64,000 bases of DNA from Paraspadella gotoi (GCA_051294375.1 CM119267.1:25497293-25561292), one strand, 5' to 3'; counted from the stretch's first letter, positions 13,863-26,116 are shown. Notes: a model not told the origin generated them from the sequence alone. Numbers and translations are program-made.

Positions 13863-16434
13863 ATAAATAGTTTAGGTTTTTACTTTTAAATTCATATTAA
13901 ACATGGGTTTGCAAATGACAGCGTTTTTCAACCGGCGCTTGTAAAATTGTCACCATGTAGTTATTTCTATTCTTAATATTCTTTTTAATTAAATACTTAC
14001 TACTTGGGAACGTTATCATATTTTACTAGTGGTTGAAAACTGGCGCAGAGCAAATTGAAGCAACGTTAGATTCTTTTCGATAACGCAGTGTATTGTACGA
14101 GCATGAAAAAAATTAAAACCTATATCAGAAAGAGAAAACATCAGTGATTAATTTTAAGTATTATAAAATAAGATAGTATTTACCATTAGATTTTTTGAAT
14201 TTTAAGTTTTAAATCCGGTCCCTGTATGTAATTTGATAAAGCGGTTGGTTATATTGGTAGTTATCTATTCTCTATTTGGCTTATGTCCTGTTTTACTCCT
14301 TAGTCCATACTTAGTTATATGAAATTGGTACAACCTATATAAAAATTATATAAAATGTTTAATGTATAAAATTAAATGCATATATCTTCAAGAATAAGTT
14401 AAGGGGAAAGCAATTTGATCGAAATTTAATTTAAGTGTCTTATATATTTATTTTGTTAAAATATTCTTACAAATTAACCTTTCTCGTTTCATTTTACTCT
14501 GGTACTTAAATTTTATTCTTCTAACGAAGTAATAAAATAACTGATGAACCGAGATCGTTCGTTCAGTGGTTTTTTTGACTAAATTGTTTACTTGAAACTA
14601 TAAAGTTGATCTATATTATTAGCGCGTTTGCTTTTGAAGTTAATATTTTATTCTTTGGTGAAGGCTTTTGCTTTGGGTCACTCTTTTTTTAAACTGGATC
14701 CGGAAATGCTGAGCGACGAAAGATTTTGTGATTGACGCTGCGCCTTCATTATATAGTCATCGATATTAATTATTAAGTCTCCAAGATCATGTTATTAAAA
14801 AGATGTTGCAGAGATCAAAAAATAGATCCACTCTGATGGGGTCTTATAGAGCAACATAAATTTTTCTACGCCTACGAATACGACGACGACGACGGGACGA
14901 AAAGACCGTCTTCTCGATCTCTACAGCCTCGTGAGATGACTAAGATTATTAATATAATAATAATAATAATAATGGAAAATGAAAGACCTACTTGATTAAA
15001 CAAACCTCTTTTTTCGAATAATGAGTAATTATATCTTACGCCTTCCGTCCATCTGCTACTCTGCGCTGTTCCATTGGAGTTTTAAAACGAAAAGTGTTCG
15101 CAGCGTCGGAGTCATTTTAAAGAATTGGAAGGTGTGGAGGAAGGATTTAAAGAGAATAAAGAGAAGAAAGAGGAACAACGAAGAGAATGTCGGGGGAGGA
15201 GAATGAGAGACAAACTTTGTGATGAAACTGTGGCGGTATATTCACACCGCCTCATGTCCACCATCCTTCAGCCAAATCCATTGGCTCAGAGGGGGAACTC
15301 ACCATCCCAGGCGTAGTGTTCCATCCACAGTCCTTATGACTTCCCTCTGCGTTGGCAAAGCGAGACCGTCCTAGGGTAACCGCGCCAGTGACTGGATGAG
15401 TTACCGAGGGTCGGAAGCCCCCAAAGCCAACAGTGAGATGCCCCATCCCAATGGGCATCACAGGCAACCCGGCTCTTGCCATAATTTATAAAACGTTCTT
15501 TTCTTTTGAGAATGAAACATTCCTCCTCGCCGTCAAAGGCGCGGAATCGCTTTGCAGGTTTTGTTCCCTTCGTTGCTCTGATGAGCGGGGTTTACAAAAG
15601 GTAAATAAGATCAACGGATTACGACGAGAGTTTATGTCCAACAGCTCGAACCTTTTTTGAGTTTTTGACGCACAGCTCGTTCTTTTTTTTTTTCTCAGCG
15701 GACAACCCGGAATGACCAAAGCCTAATTTTAAATGGATGTGGTCAATGTTGTTCTCTACTACAACGACATGACTTTGAGGTGCTTGGATCTCTCCGGGTT
15801 TTTCCTGAGCAGGGTCACCTTCGTCTTCCTCTATACTCTTGGGACTTCAAAGCTCCTAGTTGACCGAATCTGCGTCGTCATCGATTTATTTTGGACCGAC
15901 CTCTCTGAGGAATATCTCTTTGAGCATCTTCCCTCTTTGCTGAGACGAGAGAGCGAAGAGCTTCAGTCAAACAACCGCATTTACCTCAAAACTAAAAGCA
16001 AAACATTTTAATTTTTGAGTATTTTACTCTTTACACCTTTTACACTTTTTAACAATTATGAGTATGTCTATTCATTGAATTTTATCTACGTACATAATTG
16101 TCTTGTTATAATTACAGTAGTAGTTAATTTTTTTTCCATTCTTTTCATGTTATTCTTTATGTAACCAATCTAGTCCCTACCAATGTACTACTTTAAAAGC
16201 AAAATAGTATACGGTTAACATTGTTAACTTAATTCAGCTTCTGATTCTGGATCATGGATCTAAGCATTTTATTTCTTCCGAAATATTTTGATGATCCTGG
16301 ATCCAAGTTACTTCATCACTTTTTCATTTCTCCTCAATCCATAATGATCAGTAGATAATAAGCTGTAGATATTTTTATCGTAGTGACATTAATTTTTAAC
16401 TTCTTACATTGATAAGCGAAATAAAAGAAACACT

Positions 16435-17889
16435 ATGTCTGGCTCCAATCCGAAGGTGCTGGCGACGCCTCCCGCCATTCAAGTGGCGACGTCCTATGAT
16501 CTTAATCCCGGGCCTCAGCTCACTCCCATTCGCCCCTTCCTCTCGTCAACCTCTTCTTCCTCCCTCACCGGTAGAAACTCGCGCGATATTTCCACCAATC
16601 ATCGCCTGTCTTCGACCGAGCTCGTAACCAATCAGAGACGTCTTAACCTCATCCGCGGCCTTTCGTCCAATCGGCTTCCAGTCTCGTCTACTCGCCTCTC
16701 CGTTTCGACAATTAAGAAACCGAATAATCAGTGGGGGCGATCCCACTCGCCCGAATCTTCGTTGCCCTTGGTGGAATCCAGGGCGGGAAGGAGCGAGTAT
16801 GACGAAGACGACGAAGTTTTTAAAGAATTGGAGGTTTTCAACCGACGCTTCGCCACTTACCCTTTCGAGGAAGAAGAGGACGGGGAAGAAGAAGTGACGG
16901 AGATGAGTCGCGCCATAAATCGTTGGCGCCACTCGGCTCAACCGATGCTCAGTTATGACGAGGCTCGGACGATCGTCTCCCTGACGACAAAGGGAGTCTC
17001 CAGTCGATCGACTTCGCGACGAACGACGCCGTCTCGACCGGCGTCGCGTCGAATCGCCCCGGCGGCGTTTTCTTTGCCGAAACCGGCGCGCGTCGCCAAG
17101 CGACGGTCGCCGTCGAAGAACCGATCGAAAACGACGCACGCGGGCGGATTCGGCGCCGGAAAGACGAGCGCTTCGTCGTCGCCCGTCAAGTCTCCTTCAT
17201 CTCGGCCGCCGGCCGTCGCCTCGCAAAAATCATCCGCGCAAGTCCGTCGGCGACCCAACTCGCCAGAAACGCGATGGGAAAAAGAACTTCCGGCAGAAAT
17301 GCGCCGGATCTATCGGCATTTCCGGTCGCTGGATCCGACGCCTCGACTGCGGAGAGGAGGGGAGTTTCAGGACTTGCTGGGAAAGACGACGACGACGGCA
17401 GAAGGAGATGGAGGAAAAAGAGGAGAAGAAAATAAAGAAGAAAAAGAAGAAGAAAATAAAGCAGCTGAGGTTGAGGCTTCGAAGGCAACACATCGAAAGT
17501 CTGTCGCATTCGATTTAGATTTAGAGGCCGCCGCGATTTCAGACGCCATCCTCGATCGACGAGCCTCCTCCGGTTTGGAGCCGCCTTTCCGCGCCAAATC
17601 CTCGTCGCTTTCCGCTCCGTCTTTTTCGACCGGCTTCTCCAGCGGCGTCGGCGACCGGGGAACCGTCGCATTGGAAAAGAGTTATCGGCGGAATGTGGCT
17701 CGTTACTATGCCGGCGGCGCCCGTCGCTTTGCCGACGTTGATCCGGCGAGTTTCCCGGCAATCCCGGCGATTCCTTCGGAAGCCACGAGTCCTTTTCTCT
17801 CGATTGCAACCAACGAGTTCGTCTGGCGATGGTTAAATCGAGACTTTTGCAAAACGGAACTAGAATTTTTTCTTGCTCTTTGTTCCTAA
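16435..17889 (+). CDS. Uncharacterised 484-aa Ser/Arg/Pro-rich protein (intronless)
   Basis: Long ATG-initiated ORF with exon-like GC content and codon usage; mostly low complexity with a short ordered C-terminus NEFVWRWLNRDFCKTELEFFLALCS. Confidence 0.75.
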   Translation: MSGSNPKVLATPPAIQVATSYDLNPGPQLTPIRPFLSSTSSSSLTGRNSRDISTNHRLSSTELVTNQRRLNLIRGLSSNRLPVSSTRLSVSTIKKPNNQWGRSHSPESSLPLVESRAGRSEYDEDDEVFKELEVFNRRFATYPFEEEEDGEEEVTEMSRAINRWRHSAQPMLSYDEARTIVSLTTKGVSSRSTSRRTTPSRPASRRIAPAAFSLPKPARVAKRRSPSKNRSKTTHAGGFGAGKTSASSSPVKSPSSRPPAVASQKSSAQVRRRPNSPETRWEKELPAEMRRIYRHFRSLDPTPRLRRGGEFQDLLGKTTTTAEGDGGKRGEENKEEKEEENKAAEVEASKATHRKSVAFDLDLEAAAISDAILDRRASSGLEPPFRAKSSSLSAPSFSTGFSSGVGDRGTVALEKSYRRNVARYYAGGARRFADVDPASFPAIPAIPSEATSPFLSIATNEFVWRWLNRDFCKTELEFFLALCS

Positions 17890-18578
17890 ACAATGGAAAG
17901 AATCAATGACAATGGTGAATTAATTGCACTTCTTGTCAAAAAAAATGAAAGTAAAACTGATAAGGTAAAATTGTTGAAATTTTCATTCCCATAAAAAGAA
18001 CGTACTTTCATTTTGTTGTGATAAATCATAATTATGGAATTAATCAAAAATCAAATGTAATTTATTTTAACTCGACTAAATTTTAATGTTCATCTTTTAC
18101 ACGCACCAATGACTGCTTTATTTATAATTCTGACAAGTTTATTTATAAATATTTTTTGCATTCCACGTTGTTGTCCGTGATAATCAATCCGTCCATATTT
18201 TTTTATTCTTTTCTCCAAAGGCATTTGTCCTTCATTGGTCAGTTGTCACACTGATTCTGTTAGATCCAGAGACTCACGATATCTGAGTTCGGGCTTCATT
18301 TACAGTCTTCACATCCGATCAACGTTGTTGCTTTCTCTCCGAAAAAAATGAAACTGCAAATATAAAAAGACTAAGAAAGAATCTACATTTCTCTTGACTA
18401 CCACGATCTTTCTAATTTTCAACCTTTTTCAAGTCAACAATCGACTCGATTTGAATTTGTAAAAAAAAGAAACACCAGAACTACCAAATAAAATAATTTA
18501 ACCGTTGTGGCGGTATATTCACAGTTATTCACATCGCCGCCTCACATTACAAAATATAACGAAAAGACCGAGAGAAAT

Positions 18579-20193
18579 ATGATTTGCGACATCCCTTCTT
18601 GCTCTTCCTCCTCTTCCTCTTTTTTTGATGGAAAATCCTCTTCCTCCTCGCCCGGACGACCACTCCCAGATACGGCGCCGGATTTCCTCTCCTGTCCTTA
18701 CGATGCCTCACACGTGATCGGCGTCGAGCGATATCCTTATCACGTGACTCGGTGCCGGGCCAAGCACCGTGGGTCCGACTCAGACAAGCTCTCCTTCCGA
18801 TTTTGCCTCTTCAACGCTCGACACGAGATCCCCGAAGAAGATATCGGGCAGCACCGCCTTTCTTGCCCGGACAGGTTTGGCCTCGGCGAAGAGATTGCGA
18901 ATGTTCAGCGTTGGAACAGTAGGAGGGAATCACCGAAAATTATATTTGCTGATTAAGGCCTTATAAGGCTGTTCCTATTTCCTGAACTGAAATTGTGGAT
19001 TATTTCTGAATGCTGCTTCTGATTTCAGATTTCTATATTTGGAAGAAAAGGCTTCGATGGAGACTGTGGTTCGCGGTCAGATCGCCGCCCCGCCGCCCAC
19101 CCAGCTGCTTTCCTCCGCGAAATGGGAGATGGACGAAGTCGGGGGCGAGGGAGACGGCGGCGAGGGAGACGGCGGCGAGGAAGACGACGACGACTATAAC
19201 GAGTCAAAAAGGTGGTTTATCATGACAACATCCTTTTGTATTTTATTATTTTTATCGTCGCAATCGCTTTGCGTTTGCGACGATTTTGCTGTGGTTTTGC
19301 ACATAAGTGGCGTCGTCGTCGTCGGCGTTCCAAATTATAGATCGCCTTTTTGATGATTAAATGTGTGTGTATGAAGCTGAAAATTTATATACAGCTTCTC
19401 ATCATCGAGGTCCTTGAAATTGGGTGAGGACATTTTTTAAATATGTTTTGTTTACGTTTTATCAAAACAAACAAATTTCTTTTGTTAGTCTCCTTCTCTC
19501 TTTCCCCAGGCTGATTCATCAAAAAAAAAAAAACCGAGTCTGCAGCTGGCTCTGCAGGGGCTTTTTTTTTCTCTTTTCTCCTGCTCCTTCTGCTGCTGCC
19601 TTTTGATTTCTTTCTTTTTTTTTCTGACTTCCTCTGCTGCTGCCGCTGCTGATTCGTCCGAAAACGAATTGGCTTCTTTCTCTCGTTTTCTCTCTCTCTC
19701 TTTCTTTCTCTCTCTCTCTTTCCCCGTTTTTTTTTTCTCAGGGGCTGCGTCTGCTGATCAGTTTATTTGATCATGAAAAAGTTTTTTTTTTTTTTTTTAG
19801 AAACTGTAACTTTAATTTTCCTCGGTACTTTATTATTTTTTTTTAATTGACAATCGCAAATATAATTTTTCTTTGTTTATAAATTAATTTCCTTTCTCAA
19901 ATTTGATTTTTTTTAGTATCAAAATTTGTTATCAATCCAGATTTTTCTGATGCAATTGCGACGATCCTTATGCTTTTAAGATTTTTTAATTTATCATGAC
20001 AACTTGCATTTGTATTTTTCAAATTTCTATTTAACCTCCCGAACTTTCAATAATCCTCGGCAGAATGCCTCAGGCTGTGGAAAATTGGGAGAATCGTTTG
20101 AACGATCTCGACATTCGTTGGGAGCCGGAAGTGGTCGTTGTCTTCGTCGACGGGATTCCGATTCTTGCCCGAATCCATAAAACTTCCTCTTAG
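18579..20193 (+). CDS. GTSF1: GTSF1/Asterix-like tandem CHHC zinc-finger protein
   Basis: CPYDASH..HVTRC and CLFNARH..HRLSC are two CHHC U11-48K-type fingers. Probable exons 18579-18874, 19029-19211, 20064-20193 give an acidic, Trp-containing tail; downstream exons are inferred from phase. Confidence 0.8.
19251..19980 (+). mobile_element. Non-autonomous Helentron/HINE (DINE-1-like) element, copy 1, in the GTSF1 intron
   Basis: Starts in a T-run with ATCGTCGCAATCGC followed by a partial inverted copy GCGTTTGCGACGAT; (GTC)n microsatellite; ends ATTGCGACGATCC..CTTTTAAG. Second copy at 44108-44940. Confidence 0.7.
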
Positions 20194-20961
20194 TCTTTAT
20201 GACAGAAAAGCTTCCATTCGTTGATGGCGTGTCTCCTCTTATTTAGTCCTTTTTGATTGCATTCTAGGAATATCTAGCTAACCAGAAGATGGAATCACAA
20301 GAAATCGGATCGGAGTTTCGGGAAGAAATCACCGAAATGGAATCTATCTCTCTGATTGGTCGAGACTCGAGATGGAACCGGCCAATAGGCGGATGGGCTT
20401 CCATCCGCCGGGAAAATCTGCCCACGTCTCTGATCCACTTGCATTGTATAAAAAGCATAGGTTTTTGTACAAATTCATTCTGTCCAAATATTGACACCGT
20501 CTTTTTGTCTATTTTCTTTAAATAAATTCCACTTTGGTTTCTTGTTGAAATCCCTGTCTTCTTACTTAAATGATTGTTGAATTTTTTGTTTTGCTAATGA
20601 ACTATTTATTACTATTAGTTAAGTTTATGAAGATGTAGACTCGCCTTCAACATTTTTTACATTACTTACCCTTGTTTTATAAACAGCCTTTTTTAGGCTA
20701 TTTTTTGTTGCCATATGTTTAGATTTAAAAATTTGTTATTTCAGGAAGAAATTTCGGTTTGTAAAGGGTAACGTAACATCGTAATCGTTTAAAGCGTTTA
20801 AGCGTTTAAAGCGTATGTGGCATTATAAACATTGTAATTTTTAACACAACTATTTTTTTTTTAAAATTGTTTCGGCTTTTGGGCCGCAAAAAAGATCAAT
20901 CCTGCAACTACCCAGTAGCTAATTTTTTTTATCAGGAAATACGATTTATTAGAATTTTATT

Positions 20962-21665
20962 TGTAGTTTATTAGCATCCTTTATTTCCAACAGTGAGGGC
21001 CATTGCCAGGCCAAGGATTTCCTATCCAGAGAGATTTTGGCAGAGTTCCTCCATGATCCCGAGTCCTTAGGTCCCCTGGTCTTGCTGGGGCGCAGTTGTT
21101 CTTCTTTCTTCTTGGCGTTGAACTGCCCCCAGAAGCCTTGTTATATAATTACCTAGCCTCCACTTCCTCATCATCTACATAGAATAGAGCAATCTCATTA
21201 GTGCAAGGCTAAGGAACCCGAGTACCCCTTGAAGACCCTCAGCTCTCCTCTCTCTCCTATTGGCTGAGGGCTGTGATATCCGAGATCTCTCTCTCCTCCT
21301 ATCTCTCTTGCTGAGGTGTGCAAGCTTGTCATTGGTTCTTATTTTCCCGCCAACTTCTCATTTGATTATCTGTGCTGAGATAGCTGACATAGCAGAGGAG
21401 TGATGAGAAAGCTTGCTCAGATACCTATCGCTTCCTTCCTAACCTCAGGTAGGTGAGCAGGGGCGAGATGTCTAGCTCAAGTACCTCTCTCTTCCTTCCT
21501 AACCATAGGTAGGTGAGCAGGGGCGAGAAGACTAGCTCAGGTAACTCTCTATTCCTTCCTAACCTTAAATAACTGAGCAGGGGCGAGAAGACTAGCTTAG
21601 GAACCTCTCTCTTCCTTCCTATCCTTAGGTTGCTGATTAGGGGCGAGATCCCTAGCCTCGTAACA
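20962..21665 (-). mobile_element. Probable solo LTR (about 700 bp, TG..CA) with internal tandem repeats
   Basis: On the minus strand it begins TGTTACGAGG and ends AACTACA, with CCAAT boxes, TATATAA (around 21141) and AATAAA near the 3' end in LTR-like order. Flanks TTATT/TTAAT match at 4 of 5 positions. Confidence 0.55.
21410..21660. repeat. Tandem repeat, about 60-bp unit x4
   Basis: CTTCCTTCCTAACC..AGGTAGGTGAGCAGGGGCGAGA..CTAGCTCA units. Confidence 0.9.
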
Positions 21666-21992
21666 TTAATATAATAATTATATTCATTGTTATTAATTAT
21701 ACGACTATATAAGATTTAATTGGATGTTCAGACTGAATTTCAGTGAAACAAAGCGATTAAATTCTAAACTCGGTTTTCATGTAAAAAACCGCAGAGAAAA
21801 CTATTAAAAACATGTAGCTACTATCTTTTTCTCGAGCCTACCGGCGAAGCCGGTTCAGGCAAGATATTGATTCGGGTGAGCTTCTTTGTGACGTCGTCGT
21901 CGTCGGCGTCACGCATTTTTATATAAAAACTACTACGCTTTTATAGTTTTGGCTGGGACTTACCGTTTTTTTTAAATAAGAATTATTATAAA

Positions 21993-23899
21993 CTTGAGGG
22001 GTATTGAAGGCGTGAAGAAATAGAGGGAAAAATAATGGTATATTTCGCGAAGAGTAGAAACGAGAGAATGTATCGCTAGACAAAATATACTGAGGGGCAG
22101 GAGGAGGAGGAAAGAAGAAGAAGAGGAAGAGGAGAATTGGACGGCAGGCCAAATCCTCCTCTGCGTCCCCCTTCTTGACCAAGATGTAATGTCCAGGCCC
22201 CCAATGGCGTGGCATTACATCGTCATGCTTCCCTCTGGACTAAAAAACAAAGACACAGAACTAAAAAAGTGAGAGAAGTCACAAACTAAAACTATCAAAG
22301 CTACTATTTAAATGATTAAAAGTTTATTTTTAATTTATGTCACAGTCATTGACAAATTATGCCACTGCACCATGACTGATATTGATTCTTAAAAAAAGGG
22401 CAATGGTAAAGTCTGAGCCAAAAATGCAGCAAACTTCTGGCGCAACCATGGTCGTAAGTCTATTTCCATCAGTTTAGGGTAAGTATTTTTGCGTTTTCCA
22501 AAAGCTGGTTGCCTTCTTTGGTCTTGAAGAACACGTCTATGAGGGGGGATATAGATCTTTTCAGCGCAGGTTTGAGGGATCATGTATTCTTTCCGGGGTC
22601 CAGTTCTTTCATTTCTTGATTTTGTTTCCCGTTTCTTGACCGAAGACTGATAAGAGCAGGCTTGATTTTTGTGTTGATTCTTGTTTAAGTTGATTCTTGC
22701 AAATGAAGTTTCTCCTTGGATTTTTCCAGCTGAAGTATCTCCTGCTTGAGTTTTTACATCTTTAGCTTTGTCTTTGACAGTTGGTAAGTTGGTCTGCACT
22801 TGAGAATCAGTCTTGGCAACATTGGTTTGTGTTGAAACTGAATCAGAAATGATGGCAATTTGGGTAGTTTGGGAAGATGAGGTTGAGTTGGGAATTTTTG
22901 GCTGAGTTGATTTATTGCAACTCGCCTTGGCTTTTGTGGTCTGTTTTGAAGCATTGGCTTGGGTGAAATAGGTTTGAGTTGAGGTGGAGACAGTTTGGGT
23001 TTTTAAAGGCAGAGGGGACATATGTGAATTCTGGACCAAAGTAAGTAGATCCATTATATTCTTGTCCAGAATTCGTGGGTTTGCATTATTAGTATGCAAT
23101 CTTTTAAAAAAATTTATCAGATTTTCCAAGATGCCAATATATTCTCCTTTGAGGTCATCAGAATTTATTTGATCTATAAAGTTTATTGCGGCCATTTTTG
23201 GATTTATGTTCAAGATTTAGGGTAAAAAGGTATTGGTTTTTCTGGACAGTTATTTTAATTTTTCTTTTTTTTTTTTTGTCTTTCAAGGGAGCTAACGTTT
23301 TCTTTTTCCTTTTTCTTAAGAGGTTAAAGTCCAATCTTAGCTTTCGCCATTTTTAGTTAGAGAGAGTTGAAGCGATCTTGTTTTTAGTTGCCAGGTTCAA
23401 AGTTTGATGTTTACATTTTGAAAATTCCAAGTTTCGGTTGACGAAGAGTGAAGAGAAAGGAGAAAGTTATCATGTAATTAACATAAAGTAGGGTTTTTTT
23501 TATGCAATTTCTTTGTAGTGATTTTAATAGTTATTTTCTAAAATGGTATCTTTTTTTTTTTTTAGATGGGAGTTTGTAAATTTGGTTTATTTTTAAGTTT
23601 GTTTTTGGTTGTTAGTGAAGAAAATTATTTTTTTTTTATAGAATTTCCGCGGTTTTTTTTTTGCTGAGGGTTTGCACAGGAAACTTAATCCACGGGGAGT
23701 AGGGTGTCGAGCCGCGAAGAGGGCGTCACTTGAGGGGTATTGAAGGCGTGAAGAAATAGAGGGAAAAATAATGGTATATTTCGCGAAGAGTAGAAACGAG
23801 AGAATGTATCGCTAGACAAAATATACTGAGGGGCAGGAGGAGGAGGAAAGAAGAAGAAGAGGAAGAGGAGAATTGGACGGCAGGCCAAATCCTCCTCTG
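21993..23899 (-). mobile_element. Non-autonomous LTR element (1.9 kb) with two 171-bp LTRs
   Basis: LTRs 21993-22163 and 23729-23899 appear identical; 5-bp TSD ATAAA at 21988-21992 and 23900-23904; on the minus strand a PPT AAGAAGGGGGA precedes the 3' LTR and a PBS-like TGACGCCC follows the 5' LTR. Confidence 0.9.
22389..23195 (-). CDS. 268-aa ORF inside the LTR element; N-terminal helical region and tandem TQT-type motifs
   Basis: Intact ORF from ATG 23195, in the element's sense orientation; no RT, integrase or protease motifs seen. Confidence 0.7.
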   Translation of the reverse strand: MAAINFIDQINSDDLKGEYIGILENLINFFKRLHTNNANPRILDKNIMDLLTLVQNSHMSPLPLKTQTVSTSTQTYFTQANASKQTTKAKASCNKSTQPKIPNSTSSSQTTQIAIISDSVSTQTNVAKTDSQVQTNLPTVKDKAKDVKTQAGDTSAGKIQGETSFARINLNKNQHKNQACSYQSSVKKRETKSRNERTGPRKEYMIPQTCAEKIYIPPHRRVLQDQRRQPAFGKRKNTYPKLMEIDLRPWLRQKFAAFLAQTLPLPFF

Positions 23900-24329
23900 A
23901 TAAATTACGTTTTATAAAAGTGTGCGATCATAGTAAGTTAAAAATTTAGATATGGCTTCTCATCTTGAAATAGCTCTGAAATATTCATATTACATTTGGA
24001 TTCAAGTATTTTTTGTTTGAATTTCCATTTCATTATGATTTACTGCAATATGCAAATGAGATTATAATACTCATTATAATATCCAAATTAGTATATAGAA
24101 ATGCTTTAATCCAATTTACATATTGCAGTAAATAATATTGAGGATGAAATTCATGAACAAATCTTTGAATCAATAAAAAACATGTGAAATCAAAAGACCT
24201 TTTTAATGAGAAGCTATATCTTAATTTTAATACAAATAAAAATAAAATCTTTTACAAGCTATGATTGGTAAAAATTTTCAATTGTAAACAATTGTAACAT
24301 TGAATTGAATTGAATTGAATAACAGGAAT

Positions 24330-25210
24330 TGAGACTGTTGGTCAATTTTTAAATATGCCAATGAATGAAACTCCACGCTCTCAGAGGAAAAGGATTTTTG
24401 ATATCCAATGTAGAGTGAGGGAGCAAGTTGAAAATATTGTCCCAACTGATCATCCTCCTGACTTCATTTTAGAAGTACAGGGAGCCAATAGGAGGTCGAG
24501 TGAAATGTCATTTGCAGAAACTTATTCTCAATTAAGAGTTAATTTAAGAGTGGTAAGGCATTATGAAGAGAAATGGGAAAGAGTACTTGGAATTAGTTTA
24601 ACTAATGAGTGGAGGGCCATCTGGGGAGCAATTATGTACTCTGACACTTCTTTCTATGTTAGATCTTCTATTTGGCGCCAGGTAAATTTAAATTTCTGGA
24701 CAGCATACATGGATTATGCTTATGTAGGAAGAGGTGATGGCAATTGTGATCTTTGTGGTTTTGTAGCACGTGAACGATGGCATATTTTGACTCAGTGTGA
24801 AGTGGTTGTAAGACTTTGGGAGAAGTTGAGTGTGACATTGTTATAATTTGATGATAAGCAAGTAGATAAACGAGAGATGAGCTTAGGCTTAATGAGACAA
24901 GGGGCTAAAGTGAGGTTAAGAAATAAATTAGGATTTACTTTAAGATCTGTTATATTCAAGATGAGAGCAGAGAGGATTAGGCATGTTGAGTCGGCAGTTG
25001 AAAGACTGTGGAAAATATTTGTTATTCATTTGAGAAAGGACTTAGAACAAGATTATTGGGTTGCCAAATTAAATGGCAAATTGGGAAGTTTTAAAAAACG
25101 AATCTTATTGGGAAATGTACTGGGTACATTAAATGAGGATGGGACCATAGAGTGGGGAAACTTAATTAAACGGGTTAAAATTGGCTGTTGGAACTTATTT
25201 CATCAATGTG
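24330..25210 (+). pseudogene. 5'-truncated L1/Tx1-clade LINE ORF2 C-terminal fragment
   Basis: WRAIWGAI..WRQVN..GNCDLCG..RWHILTQCEVVVRLWEKL resembles the zf-RVT region; an in-frame TAA at 24844-24846 splits the two same-frame ORFs. Confidence 0.75.
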
Positions 25211-26084
25211 GGTATCTTGTATTGGGAATTGAGGGACCACATATCTATATTTTATATGGTTTATATGACCACATATCTATATTTTATATGGTGTTTTTTT
25301 TATTAGCGTCTTTTTTGTGTTTTATGTGGTAGCGTCTGTTGTCAATTTATAGCGTCTATTTATAGCGTATATGTAATACACCATGCATTAAATACTTATA
25401 ATGACTTTTTATAAAATAAAACCTTGAATATTAAACACTTTTATAATGTTTTAGTTTATTTTTTGCTCTCATGTTTTTCATTAATGCTTTATATTTTTGG
25501 TTTTTGTTCTTGTTTTCATATTTTTTGTTTTTGTTTTTTTACGCATTATCTTGTTTTCATATTTTTTGTTTGTATTTTTTTACGCATTATCTTTGAACGT
25601 TTTATTAACATTGTTTTTCGTTTATGCTTTATAGTTTTTGTCTTTGTTGTCATATTTTTTGTTTGTATTTTTACGAATTATCAAAAAATAAAAATTATAA
25701 ATTTAAAATAAAAACTATTGCTTCTCTTGACATTTGACATTTTTTAGTTTTTCCGGTTTTAAATTAATAAAAAAAAAATATTTTTGTCAGTTGCTACCTT
25801 TTCTGAACCCTTTAAAAACGAGTTCAGGCTCTGCAGTGACTGTGACTGACTCTGTCTGTCTGTCACTTTCTCTTTCTGTCTCTCTCTGTCTCTCTCTCTA
25901 TACTATCTCTTGCGTGATCGTTTTTTGAAAAATTTTGATTTTTTTTCCTTTTTTTTTTTAAATTTTTGAAATAAAAAAAAATCTTTTAAAAACTTTTATT
26001 ATCGCCATTTATTCCGCGCTTTTTTTTCAATGCCAAGTCCCAAATTTACATCCGAGATTTTTTCGTGGATTTATTCTCTTTCTT

Positions 26085-26116
<32 letters not shown>

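Noticed and set aside
14541-14570. Other CTGATGA motifs (14541, about 15579, 28861, about 48952) as hammerheads
   Set aside because: No stem II plus GAAA plus stem III arrangement follows
15021-16011. Cluster of short ORFs with moderate GC
   Set aside because: Stops in all frames examined and no coherent spliced product or domain; possibly decayed transposon or UTR/promoter sequence
21410-21660. CRISPR-like or ncRNA array
   Set aside because: Whole 60-bp units are homologous, so it is an ordinary tandem repeat, probably inside an LTR U3 region
21919-22215. Repeated ORF ACRPILLFLFFFFPPPPAPQ (also at 23685-23888)
   Set aside because: Translation of the LTR's purine/pyrimidine tract; repeated only because the LTR is repeated
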